This document shows, piece after piece, positions 45,901-55,010 of a stretch of 64,000 nt of DNA. Made by a program: the position numbers and the translations under genes. Location of the stretch: the IMG/VR virus record IMGVR_UViG_3300041405_000166, positions 1 through 64,000 of that record, one strand, 5' to 3'. The DNA is from a virus. Within the stretch, counting starts at the first letter, position 1; every line of letters starts with the position of its first letter. Under the pieces are notes generated by a model. The model saw only the letters and a program-made list of their open reading frames with translations. It made no database searches and was not told the DNA's origin.

Positions 45901-46388
45901 TCACCTTCGAGCGCATGCGCACCGCCATGGTGTTGTGCCTGATGCTGGCCTTGGCCGTGCTGTGCAACCTGGCGCCAGATGAATCAAAGCCTTGGCATAT
46001 CGCTCAGCTGCTCATGGTCGGCGGCGTGTACATCGCTCGCGACTACCTGCAAACGCTGATCGGTGATTACCTGGTGCTGATCCCCATGGGGTTGCTGGTG
46101 CTGATCATCTGGTCGGCCTCGGAAAACCCTTATGCCTCCTCGAGCGGCTTCCTTATCGGGTTGACGTTTGGCTGGGCCATATTCTCGCAGTCGCATCAAA
46201 CGTCTGTGCTTAAACGGATGCTTTCATCCGTGCTGGTGGCTTGTGCGGTCGATAGCGGGATCTACCTATCCGCAATCGGGCGAATGGATGGATTCGTTTC
46301 TGATACGGCCATGAAGGTCGTGCCATTAGCATTGTTGTATACCGTAGTGAGGACACGACAGTGCCTGAAGACCAACAAGAGACTGTAG
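45897..46388 (+). CDS. Multi-pass membrane protein, VUT (queuosine-precursor transporter)-like
   Basis: G.VYIARD..Q..IG, AS..GFL, R.LSS.......DS.IYL pattern; divergent. Confidence 0.45.
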   Translation: MITFERMRTAMVLCLMLALAVLCNLAPDESKPWHIAQLLMVGGVYIARDYLQTLIGDYLVLIPMGLLVLIIWSASENPYASSSGFLIGLTFGWAIFSQSHQTSVLKRMLSSVLVACAVDSGIYLSAIGRMDGFVSDTAMKVVPLALLYTVVRTRQCLKTNKRL

Positions 46389-46735
46389 GACATCCCGAGA
46401 GCGACATTGAGTCGTTACGTCGTGAAGTCGTCAACAACTCAAACCTGATCAAGGAAGTGGTACATCTTCATCGCCGTTTGACGGACAACTTTCAGGAAAT
46501 GGTGAGGCTGGATACCAAGGTATCCGACGTTACTGAGTCGATCGTCGAGATGCAGCAGTTGCTGAGTCGTCAGCAGACGATGCTCGACATCCTGATGACC
46601 TGGCACAACAACCAGAAAGCCGTGCGCAGCGCGCTGGGCTGGCTGATCGACAAAGCCCCAACGCTGGCCGCGGTCGCGGTCTTTATGTTCTGGGTGCTTG
46701 ACCAATGGCAGAACAAAAAGGGCGGTGGCAGCTGA
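46361..46735 (+). CDS. Coiled-coil protein with C-terminal TM segment (lysis-cassette associated)
   Basis: GTG start after GAGGA; precedes holin and endolysin. Confidence 0.6.
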   Translation: MPEDQQETVGHPESDIESLRREVVNNSNLIKEVVHLHRRLTDNFQEMVRLDTKVSDVTESIVEMQQLLSRQQTMLDILMTWHNNQKAVRSALGWLIDKAPTLAAVAVFMFWVLDQWQNKKGGGS

Positions 46736-46971
46736 TGAAAATTATCCCCGAGTGGCGTGAAGCCTGGCGCTTTACCAGTGTGCAGGCGCTGTTGTTGTTG
46801 CAGTTTTTGCCGGAGCTGATCAGCACCTTTATCGACTATGCGCCGGAGACCATGGACCTGACGATTTACCGTGTGGCCCTGGCCATTGCGTTGATCGCCA
46901 GGTTCATCTATCAGCCAAAAGCCCGCGAAGCCACTGCGAGTGATGATGATGCCGCCAATCAAGAAGGGTAA
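46735..46971 (+). CDS. Putative holin
   Basis: 78 aa, two hydrophobic segments, WREAWRFTSVQ; directly upstream of the endolysin. Confidence 0.6.
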   Translation: MKIIPEWREAWRFTSVQALLLLQFLPELISTFIDYAPETMDLTIYRVALAIALIARFIYQPKAREATASDDDAANQEG

Positions 46972-47488
46972 CCGTAAGTCGTGGCTCAGCGGTGCGGTGC
47001 TAGCGCTGGTGGCCGCGGGTGCCAGTGCTCCGGCGATCCTCGATCAGCTGACCATGGAGCGTGAAAGCGGTGGCCGGTATGAGCTCAAGGCGTATCAGGA
47101 TGGCGCCAGGGTCTGGACCGTATGCGACGGCAAAACCGCTGGCGTCACGGCCACCACCACCATGACCAAAGAACAGTGCGACGCCTGGCGCGAATCTGAG
47201 ATCGGACGGCGTCTGACGTTCGCGCACAACACCATCAGAGTACCGATGAGTGAGCCGGCCTGGGCCGCGTTTGGGCGGTTCTGCTACAACATCGGTAACA
47301 CCGGCTGCGCTGGTTCGAACACCGCCAAGCTAATCAACCAGGGCCGTCATGCTGAGGGCTGCAAGGCCATGCTCAACTGGCGCTACATCACGCGCGATGG
47401 CAAGAAGGTTGATTGCTCGACTGAGCAGCCATGGTGCAAAGGCTTGTGGGAAGACCGCCAGGCCACCGCCGAGCTGTGCTTGCTGTGA
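46940..47488 (+). CDS. Endolysin, GH24 lysozyme, probable SAR type (start may be any of 46940-46949)
   Basis: N-terminal A/G-rich hydrophobic segment; E..AYQD...VWTVCDGKT; FCYNIG. Confidence 0.88.
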   Translation: MMMMPPIKKGNRKSWLSGAVLALVAAGASAPAILDQLTMERESGGRYELKAYQDGARVWTVCDGKTAGVTATTTMTKEQCDAWRESEIGRRLTFAHNTIRVPMSEPAWAAFGRFCYNIGNTGCAGSNTAKLINQGRHAEGCKAMLNWRYITRDGKKVDCSTEQPWCKGLWEDRQATAELCLL

Positions 47489-47994
47489 GCGCCTTGTTCA
47501 AGCTGGTGCCAATCTGGGTGTGGGTTGCCGTCGCCGCTGCGGTTGGCTTGTTCGTGCAGCACTCGATGCTAAGTGCTGTCCAGGCTGAACGTGATCGGTT
47601 TGAGGACCAGGCGAGCCAGGCACAGGCTCGAGTGACCTCGTTGCAGTCCACGGCCAAGTTGCAACGCCAGCTCACTGCCGATACGGAAAAGCGGGCCAAC
47701 GATTACGATGGGGAATTGAAGAATGCCAATGCCGAACGCGACACACTGGTTGCTGGCCTCGATGCTGCTACTCACAGCCTGCAAGTCAGGGCCCATTGGG
47801 TGCCTGCCGCCAGAAAGTCAGGCGCCAATGTCAGCGCCACCGACGAACCTGATGGCGGATCCTGCCGACTTGATGCCTCTGCTGAACAAGCTTATCCAAG
47901 TCTCGAAGCCGGAATCAAAACCCAGCGGGCCCAAATAATCGGCCTGCAGGGTTACGTGCGCGATCTGCTCAAAGCCTGCAAAATCGGTCCGTGA
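47485..47994 (+). CDS. Rz: i-spanin
   Basis: N-terminal TM, coiled coil, C-terminal GLQGYV; GTG start overlaps the endolysin stop. Confidence 0.8.
   Translation: MSALFKLVPIWVWVAVAAAVGLFVQHSMLSAVQAERDRFEDQASQAQARVTSLQSTAKLQRQLTADTEKRANDYDGELKNANAERDTLVAGLDAATHSLQVRAHWVPAARKSGANVSATDEPDGGSCRLDASAEQAYPSLEAGIKTQRAQIIGLQGYVRDLLKACKIGP
47723..47938 (+). CDS. Rz1: o-spanin lipoprotein, embedded in Rz
   Basis: Lipobox LLLTAC, Pro-rich, nested in the +1 frame. Confidence 0.8.
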   Translation: MPMPNATHWLLASMLLLTACKSGPIGCLPPESQAPMSAPPTNLMADPADLMPLLNKLIQVSKPESKPSGPK

Positions 47995-48063
47995 TGCTAT
48001 AGTCCAGGTTCCTTGTGAGTGATCCGCAACGAACCCTGAGGGCATCATCATGTGAACCACAAC

Positions 48064-48088
48064 AAAAAAGGCCCCGCGGGGCCTTTTT
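48064..48088. terminator. Bidirectional terminator
   Basis: AAAAAAGGCCCC-gc-GGGGCCTTTTT between convergent operons. Confidence 0.85.
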
Positions 48089-48104
48089 CAATATGTGAGT
48101 GGTA

Positions 48105-48383
48105 TCAATTCAAGGCGCTGCGGATCTGCTTGGCCGGGATGAACTTCACGGCGACGGTTTCCGGGATCTCGCCCATAGTCCCCTGCTGAATGTCATACCC
48201 CTTGCGGGCTTTTCGGTTGTATTTCTTCAAGGTGCCGACGCCGGGCAATACGGCCTTGCCGTCGGCGAGCAGGGTGTGGGCCAGGTCATTCATCATCTCG
48301 GTGAAAATGCTGTTGGCGGCCTTTTGCGTGTAACCGCGCGAGGTCAGGCTGTAAATGCACCGGTCTCTCAAATCATTCGACAT
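48105..48383 (-). CDS. Divergent HU/IHF-family DNA-binding protein
   Basis: VLPGVGTL...RKARKG.....G...I.....VKF.PAK; start ATG 48383. Confidence 0.8.
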   Translation of the reverse strand: MSNDLRDRCIYSLTSRGYTQKAANSIFTEMMNDLAHTLLADGKAVLPGVGTLKKYNRKARKGYDIQQGTMGEIPETVAVKFIPAKQIRSALN

Positions 48384-48411
48384 CTGCTGCATCCTTTGTG
48401 CGGGTGGGTGG

Positions 48412-48753
48412 CTAGAACGGCACGTCATCATCTTTGTTCGGTGGTCGCTGTTGTGGTGGCTGTTGCGGGCGCGGTTGTTGTGGTGTTGGTCGCTGGGCTG
48501 GTGCTCGTTGTGCTTGCGGGGCTGTTGCTGGTGCCCGCATATCCTTCGGATCGAACATCGACACCAGCAACGAAGCTCGGCCATCAGGGTTAGGCACGCC
48601 GGCCGGATTGAAATAGCGATCCAGCATCAGGTATTGACCGCCCTTCCCATCATCCATCAGCGCCCCGACGTTGTGCCACCTGCTCTTTTTTTCACCCTGT
48701 GATTCATATTCTCCGACCTTGACGGCCAGGTCCTTTAATTTTGTGTGAGCCAC
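48412..48753 (-). CDS. Putative single-stranded DNA-binding protein
   Basis: KKSRWHNVG, P/Q-rich linker, acidic DDDVPF C-terminal tip. Confidence 0.7.
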   Translation of the reverse strand: MAHTKLKDLAVKVGEYESQGEKKSRWHNVGALMDDGKGGQYLMLDRYFNPAGVPNPDGRASLLVSMFDPKDMRAPATAPQAQRAPAQRPTPQQPRPQQPPQQRPPNKDDDVPF

Positions 48754-48860
48754 GGATTTCCCCTTGCTCTATCGAGATACCCAATTCTGCTGGCACGACT
48801 ACCTGGGTACTCTTTCCATTGGCATAACGGGCGCCGACGTCCTGGCGCCCGACAACAATG

Positions 48861-50564
48861 CTACGCAGCTACCGCGGTGGAACGCTCGACGACCTCGCCG
48901 TCCTCGATCCAGTAAGAGTTGCCCTTGCCCGTTTTGCCAAGGTCTGGGAGATCCGCGACGGATGCCAGCGACATGAACAGCAGGGTATCAATGCCGGACT
49001 TCATCAGCATCTTGACCAGGCTGTTGCGGCCGGTGCGCATCAGGATGTCGGCCGCATCGATCACCATCACCGTGTCGCCGAGCTTCATCGCCATGGCTGT
49101 CTGGAGTACCACGCGGACAATGTATTTTTCCGCCTCTGACAGCATCAGGTAGACGCGATCGCCCAAGGTCAGTGACAGCTCGCGGTCGATCGCCACGGAC
49201 GGGAAGCCTGAAGCCTTGATCAATGGCTTGACCCACTCATCGCAGAACTGGCGCACGGCGGCGTACAGGACGGTGAGGCGCAGACCATTCGGGGCCAGGA
49301 TATCGACCGCCAGCTGGTTTTTCTCGATCGCGGCGTGGATCCGGTCGGCATCGTGTTTCTTCTTGAATGAGGTAAAGCGCGCCTCGGCTCCGGCCAGGTT
49401 GGCGCGAGCGCCTTCGACGTCTACCTCGTTTTTGTCTTCACCTTGAGCTTCGGCAGCGTCGTCGATATCGGAGACTTGTTTTTGCGCGGCTTTAGCCTCG
49501 TTGAGTTTCGACTGCGCGACGCTGTGCTCGCCGCCGATGGTTTGCGACAACTCGCGGGCGGTGGCGGCAGCGTTGCGGGCGTCCATGTGGGCCGTCTGCA
49601 TCTCGGCGAATTTCTCCGGCGACAAGGTGTCCTCGACCTTGTGCAACTGGCCACCGCGAACGATGACCGGTTTCGCGCAGTGCGGGCAGTCCACGGTGGT
49701 CGGACGGGCCGACGGCATCGGGTTGTCGGTCACCGCCTGGTTGGCGAGGTCTTCGGCTTCGCGGGCGGCCTTCAAGCGACCGGCGATTTCATCCAGTGCA
49801 TCATGCAGCGTCGTTTCGGTGGCGGCCAGCTCTTGCAGGCGGGTGTACTCCGCAAAGTCGACGGCACTGGCGGCGATCGCCGACTCCAGCTCGGCCTTGT
49901 AGTTGTCGACGTCAGCTTGCAGCTGTTCGAGGCTGGTGCCGTCCTTGTCGAGCTCGTAATCCCAGTCGGCCGGAACATAGCTTTCGCCTTTTTTGCTGCC
50001 CCAGTTTTCACCGGTGATGTTCTTCCACTGGAATTTGTAATCCTTGCCTTTATCGCGGGCCTTGCGCTCGGATTCCTCCCAGCCAAACTCGGTGATCATG
50101 GCCCACAACTGTTCGGTGGCCTTCTCGGAAATTTCCGCCTTCTTCAGTTCGACGGCCAGGTCAGCTTTGCTCGGTACCGCTTGCAGGAAATCGGTCAGTG
50201 CGACGCTGCGCTCGGTTGGCTCCATGTGCGCCAGGCTGATCAGGCCGGCCGCCCACTCAGTAGCGGTCGGTGGTCGCGGGCCTTCAGTGGACACTTCGGC
50301 TTTCGGCCAGTTGATCCGCACCATGCTTTCGTTGTCGTCGGTGGCGATTTCAACAAACGCCTTGGTAGCGCCACTGCGCACCAGCAAGCCGGCCATGGCC
50401 TTGGTCATGCCTTTGAGTGGTAGCGGTCGCCCGGTCAATGCTGCGCCCACGGCCTGGGCCAGTGACGATTTACCGGCGTAGTTGTCAGCGCCGATCAGCG
50501 TCAAGCCTTTGATCTGGAAGTCGCCCCGGCGAATCCCACGGAAATTTTCGATTCTGGCTAGCAT
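48861..50564 (-). CDS. Rad50/SbcC-like ABC ATPase
   Basis: IENFRGI, Walker A GADNYAGKSS, coiled coil with CPHC hook, signature LSEAEK, Walker B VMVIDAAD. Confidence 0.8.
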   Translation of the reverse strand: MLARIENFRGIRRGDFQIKGLTLIGADNYAGKSSLAQAVGAALTGRPLPLKGMTKAMAGLLVRSGATKAFVEIATDDNESMVRINWPKAEVSTEGPRPPTATEWAAGLISLAHMEPTERSVALTDFLQAVPSKADLAVELKKAEISEKATEQLWAMITEFGWEESERKARDKGKDYKFQWKNITGENWGSKKGESYVPADWDYELDKDGTSLEQLQADVDNYKAELESAIAASAVDFAEYTRLQELAATETTLHDALDEIAGRLKAAREAEDLANQAVTDNPMPSARPTTVDCPHCAKPVIVRGGQLHKVEDTLSPEKFAEMQTAHMDARNAAATARELSQTIGGEHSVAQSKLNEAKAAQKQVSDIDDAAEAQGEDKNEVDVEGARANLAGAEARFTSFKKKHDADRIHAAIEKNQLAVDILAPNGLRLTVLYAAVRQFCDEWVKPLIKASGFPSVAIDRELSLTLGDRVYLMLSEAEKYIVRVVLQTAMAMKLGDTVMVIDAADILMRTGRNSLVKMLMKSGIDTLLFMSLASVADLPDLGKTGKGNSYWIEDGEVVERSTAVAA

Positions 50565-50626
50565 TCAGGTGTTCCCCCGCGCCAGCCGGGCGTCATGCCC
50601 GGCGGTGCTGATGATGGATGGTGGTG

Positions 50627-51766
50627 TTAGAACGGTGAATCGTCGTCGCCTTCCGGTGCGTCTGGATCAGTGTTGGGTGTGTCGTCACCGCCGAACATCT
50701 CACCGAGTTCGTCCACTGGATCTTTCGGCGCTTGATCGCCGGTATCATCCTGCTGTTGTTCAAGGACTGGCTCAATGACCAAGGCCTCGTTTTTCTCCAG
50801 CTCTGGTTCCGGGTCCGCTGGCTTGTCGGCGGGTTTGGTTTGACGCGGTCTCCGGCCGCTGGGCGGTGCCGGATCCTTGATCGCGCCGCCAGTCGTTGCC
50901 CCAGCACTGTCAGTGCTGGTGGTTTCAGGTTTCGACTGTGTCGGTTCCTTAACCAGTGGCTGTTCGGTTTTCGCTTCGAACGCCTCGGAGGCTGAGACGT
51001 TACCGTCCTTGACCGAGTTGTAGATGCCGATCAGCAGGACGATATCGTCCGGCATGATGTCGACCAGCTTTTTGCCCAGGCGCGTTTCGATGTGCTTTTG
51101 GGTGACGCCATACGGGGCGAACTTGGTCAGCATGCCTTTAACGCGTTCGCTGAGCGGGATACCGGCGCCGCCCTGCAGGGTCAGACGGCAACGCTCTTCG
51201 GCAGCCTTGACGATATCGGCCGGCAGCACCGCCAAGATACGGGCACGCATACGCCGCGCGCCCATGTTGGCCCCCAGCTCGTAGATGTCACGCTGATCAG
51301 TCAGGGCATAACCGCCAGCCTTGGTATCACGCTTGTGGTGCACGGTGAATCGCTGGGTGGTCAGGGTGTTGGTTTCCAGATCCCAGGCATACGCCTCGAG
51401 TTCGGTCACGCCGTCCTTGTTCGACAGCTCACGCATGCCGTAGTCGATGTTGCCCCAGGCGCTGGCCAAGGCTTCCGCCAGGCGGATCGACGGGCCGGTG
51501 ACTTCTTGCCCGCCACGCTTGTAGGAGTAGAACGCCGCTTCGGCCATCCCCGGCAAGGAACACGCCTTCATGACTTTTTCCCAGGCAGCAACCGGATCAC
51601 GCGGCATGGATTTGGCGATCATCAGCTTGGCCTGGACTTCGGCGATCGCACGTTGCACCTCGATCGTCACGGTACCGGCGTTCACGCCATCAGGCAGACG
51701 GTTACCACCCGCTTGAACAGCGTAGGGGTTGACCATCTGGTTAGTTGTTGCCACGTCTTTGCTCAT
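50627..51766 (-). CDS. Putative single-strand annealing/recombination protein
   Basis: GPSIRLAE..A..WGNI, AWDLETN; long disordered acidic tail ending DDSPF; next to an exonuclease. Confidence 0.55.
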   Translation of the reverse strand: MSKDVATTNQMVNPYAVQAGGNRLPDGVNAGTVTIEVQRAIAEVQAKLMIAKSMPRDPVAAWEKVMKACSLPGMAEAAFYSYKRGGQEVTGPSIRLAEALASAWGNIDYGMRELSNKDGVTELEAYAWDLETNTLTTQRFTVHHKRDTKAGGYALTDQRDIYELGANMGARRMRARILAVLPADIVKAAEERCRLTLQGGAGIPLSERVKGMLTKFAPYGVTQKHIETRLGKKLVDIMPDDIVLLIGIYNSVKDGNVSASEAFEAKTEQPLVKEPTQSKPETTSTDSAGATTGGAIKDPAPPSGRRPRQTKPADKPADPEPELEKNEALVIEPVLEQQQDDTGDQAPKDPVDELGEMFGGDDTPNTDPDAPEGDDDSPF

Positions 51767-52623
51767 ACAGGGAAATCCTCATCTTTAGGTTTGGCGGCCT
51801 GATATTTCCAGGCGTTACAGAACTCGGTGCCGTGCGCCGGGCAATACTTGTCCGAACACAGCATGCTCATCGGGTTAGCCGGGAAGGACTGATACAAGCG
51901 GTCGGGGTCCTGGCGAAACAGCCCAACGTCCATTTTAATGCGCTGAATCACCTGATAGGCGTCTGTCTGCGCTTGTTGCAGGGGATAGGTGGTGGTGGTT
52001 ACTGGTGGTTGGTGCTTCGTTTTGCCGACTCGCGGGATCCAGTCGACATTAAGGCTGTTCACTTCGTGGCCGGCCGAGACTGCCAGTAAGGCGTATCCGC
52101 CCAGTTGCAGCCAGAACTGGCCTTCCCGTGCGCCGTACTTCTCGTCACGGATCGCGCCGTTGTGTTCCAGGATGTCGATGTGGCCGGCCAGTGTAAACCC
52201 ATCGCCGATATCGGCGGATAGGGAAATCTCCACGGCCTTAGGGTCCAGCATCGCGGCCATCGGCATATAAGCCTGTACCTGGCGGCGCAGCTGAATGATG
52301 GCGGCGTTCAGGCTTGGGGTGGTGTCGTCCCAGATCACACCGTCGGTGATTTCCTCGCTGAATTTATCAACGGCGGCGTTGCAGGCGTCTTCAACGCTGC
52401 CCAGCTGACCGTTATAGATTTTGTTGGTCAGCACGACCTCAATGCCGTAGTGCGCTGACGTGCCCAAGGCCGAACCGACCGAGGCGGCGAGCTGACGCAG
52501 TTCATAGCCCGCGGCTTCGACTTCGGACTGAAACAGCTTGGCCGCTGCCCGGCGGTTGCAGTCCATATAAGCAGGTAACCCGCTGCACCTGATGATCGTT
52601 TCTTCTCTGGCCACGTTTTGCAC
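51763..52623 (-). CDS. PD-(D/E)XK exonuclease (Cas4/RecB-like)
   Basis: GTSAH, E..L, GHIDI, DEK, QLGGY; C-terminal CSDKYC..C plus N-terminal Cys. Confidence 0.75.
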   Translation of the reverse strand: MQNVAREETIIRCSGLPAYMDCNRRAAAKLFQSEVEAAGYELRQLAASVGSALGTSAHYGIEVVLTNKIYNGQLGSVEDACNAAVDKFSEEITDGVIWDDTTPSLNAAIIQLRRQVQAYMPMAAMLDPKAVEISLSADIGDGFTLAGHIDILEHNGAIRDEKYGAREGQFWLQLGGYALLAVSAGHEVNSLNVDWIPRVGKTKHQPPVTTTTYPLQQAQTDAYQVIQRIKMDVGLFRQDPDRLYQSFPANPMSMLCSDKYCPAHGTEFCNAWKYQAAKPKDEDFPV

Positions 52624-52654
52624 CCATAATTCAAATTAGTCCCGACTGGCGCAG

Positions 52655-52735
52655 ATTATGGCGAACAGCTTTACACCTTGCAAGCTAGTTTTTTGATGTT
52701 AGCGTTTGCAAATTGTAAATCTGTTGGCCCATAAT
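52655..52735. promoter_or_regulatory. Divergent twin sigma70-like promoters
   Basis: Minus: TTGCAA-17-CATAAT (52683-52655). Plus: TTGCAA-18-CATAAT (52706-52735). Confidence 0.7.
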
Positions 52736-52785
52736 CGTTAAACCATGGTGCCACCGGCATCAGGGTAAATACTGGAAAAGACAAG

Positions 52786-53100
52786 GTGAAAATCATGAAC
52801 TTGGCATCTGATCTACTGCAAAAGGTGGACAGCGCAGGATTCCCTGTAAAGGAAGTTTGTGTGCTGGCCGGTGTATCTCCGTCGACGATCGCTGTATTGC
52901 GTCGGCAAAAAACTGGGTGCAGTCAACGCACCTATGACCTGATGATCGGCGCGCTGATCAAAATGGTGCAACAACGTAACCAGAACATGATCGAAGCGCA
53001 TCTGGTGCAGTTGGACCTGATCAACTCCGCTGATACGGAGGAATCGCTTGCTCGCAATAAAGAGCGTGATGCTGAGGGGGAACAGGGGCACCACGCATGA
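52786..53100 (+). CDS. Cro-like HTH transcriptional regulator
   Basis: VKEVCVLAGVSPSTIAVLRR; first gene after the divergent promoter. Confidence 0.65.
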   Translation: MKIMNLASDLLQKVDSAGFPVKEVCVLAGVSPSTIAVLRRQKTGCSQRTYDLMIGALIKMVQQRNQNMIEAHLVQLDLINSADTEESLARNKERDAEGEQGHHA

Positions 53101-54569
53101 GTTCGATTCAGCTCAGGCCGTACCAGGCTGCCGGGGTTGAAGCGATCCGCGCTTCGTTCAAGGCAAAAAATCGGGCAGTGCTGTATGTGTTGCCCACCGG
53201 CGGCGGGAAAACTTTCACGTTCAGTTACGTGGCAGATGGAGCGACCAAGAAGCAAAACAAGGTTCTGATCCTGGTCCACCGTAAAGAGCTGTTGATGCAG
53301 GCATCGATGTCGTTGGCGAAGATGGGGCTCAAACATTGCCTGATCGCCCAGACCGAGCATATCCGCGAGATCCAGCACCAGCAGCTCAGTGAGCTGGGTC
53401 GGTTGTACTTGAGCGAGACGGCGAAAATCGCGATCGCCAGCGTAGGGACTTTGGTCAATCGGCTGTCGACCACCTGGTCGCCTGATCTGATCATCCCGGA
53501 CGAAGCGCACCACTGTCAGAAGGATAACACCTGGGGCAAGATCCTCGGCTTCTATGATCAGGCGCGCATCCTTGGCGTGACCGCGACACCAATCCGCTCT
53601 GATGGTAAGGGTATGGGCGTCGACTTCGGTGGCCTGTTCAATGACCTGGTGGTTGGGCCGTCCATGAGCGAGTTGATCGCGCTGGGCTATCTGTTGCCGT
53701 CGACCGTGTACGCACCGCCGACCGCCTTGGATCTGACCGGAGTGCGTTACGGCAGCGGCGGCAAGGACTTCATTCAAAAGGAGTTGGTAGAAGCGGTGGA
53801 CAAGCCCGTGATCACCGGCTCTGCGGTCAAGCACTATGGCAAGTTGTGCCCGGGCCTTCAGGCGCTGGCGTTCTGCGTCTCGGTCTCGCACGCCGAGCAC
53901 GTCGCGGCCGACTTCCGTGCCGCCGGCTGGAAATTCCAGTCGATCGACGGGACCATGCACAGTGCCCAGCGCCGCTCGTTGATTCACGGTCTGACCACTG
54001 GGCGCCTGGATGGCTTGAGCAGCTGCGACATCGTTTCCGAAGGTACGGACATTCCGGTAGTGGGTTGCGGGATTCTGCTGCGGCCAACACAGAGTACTGG
54101 TCTGCATATGCAGCAAGTTGGGCGGATCCTTCGACCGTTTGAAGGTCAGGACCGGGCGATCGTGCTGGACCACGTTGGCAACTGCGCCAAGCATGGCTTG
54201 CCCGAAGAGGACCGCGAGTGGTCCTTGAGCGGTGAAGTGAAACGCGGCGGCAAGAAAAACGAAGTGAATATCCGTGTGCTGCAATGCGATACCTGCTGGG
54301 TTACCTTTGCCCCCGCACCGCAATGCCCGAACTGCGGAACGGCGGTAGAATTCAAGGGTCGTGTGGTCGATGAGGTTGACGGTGAGCTGCAGCGGGTCGA
54401 GGCCGAGCAGGCGATGCAGATGAAGCGCAATCGGGCCTTTGAGCAGAGTCAGGCCAAAACACTCGAGGAGCTGGTCGAGCTGGCCAAGTCGAAACGCTAC
54501 AAGAATCCGCACGCGTGGGCCCGGCACATTCTTCACGGGCGCAAAGCAAAACAGGGTGCTAGGGCATGA
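53097..54569 (+). CDS. SF2 DEAH-box helicase
   Basis: LRPYQ, LPTGGGKT, DEAHH, TATP, EGTDIP, QQVGRILR; C-terminal CxxC pairs. Confidence 0.9.
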   Translation: MSSIQLRPYQAAGVEAIRASFKAKNRAVLYVLPTGGGKTFTFSYVADGATKKQNKVLILVHRKELLMQASMSLAKMGLKHCLIAQTEHIREIQHQQLSELGRLYLSETAKIAIASVGTLVNRLSTTWSPDLIIPDEAHHCQKDNTWGKILGFYDQARILGVTATPIRSDGKGMGVDFGGLFNDLVVGPSMSELIALGYLLPSTVYAPPTALDLTGVRYGSGGKDFIQKELVEAVDKPVITGSAVKHYGKLCPGLQALAFCVSVSHAEHVAADFRAAGWKFQSIDGTMHSAQRRSLIHGLTTGRLDGLSSCDIVSEGTDIPVVGCGILLRPTQSTGLHMQQVGRILRPFEGQDRAIVLDHVGNCAKHGLPEEDREWSLSGEVKRGGKKNEVNIRVLQCDTCWVTFAPAPQCPNCGTAVEFKGRVVDEVDGELQRVEAEQAMQMKRNRAFEQSQAKTLEELVELAKSKRYKNPHAWARHILHGRKAKQGARA

Positions 54570-55006
54570 GTGAAATTAACGTCGTAAAAGCCATCATGCT
54601 GCACTGCTCGCAGGGGGCGTCGAGGCTGTTCAAGTTGACCACCGGCCAGGGCTGGGTCGGCAATTTCAAACGGGTGAAAGGCATGTTGGTGGCGACGGAC
54701 TTCCGTCCGCTGCGTGCGGGCCTGGTGAAGTCGGACAACGAGCTGGTGGATGGCGCCAGCGACCTGAATGGCTGGACCACCATCACCATGACGCCGGAGT
54801 GGGCCGAACGGCTGATGGGCAAGAAGATCGCCATTTACACGGTGATCGAAGTGAAGGACCTGAAGGGCTCTGCGCAGAAGAACCAGAAGTCATTCGTGGC
54901 CCGGTTGCGCTTGTTCGGTGCCATTGCCGGTTTCGCCAAAACTCCCGAGCAGGCTCAGGCCGTCATTGACGCCTGGCCATACGACGACCAACAACAAGGG
55001 AAGTAG
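54566..55006 (+). CDS. VRR-NUC-like nuclease
   Basis: GASDLNG, IEVK, Q..F...L...GAIAG. Confidence 0.7.
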   Translation: MSEINVVKAIMLHCSQGASRLFKLTTGQGWVGNFKRVKGMLVATDFRPLRAGLVKSDNELVDGASDLNGWTTITMTPEWAERLMGKKIAIYTVIEVKDLKGSAQKNQKSFVARLRLFGAIAGFAKTPEQAQAVIDAWPYDDQQQGK

Positions 55007-55010
55007 CGTC

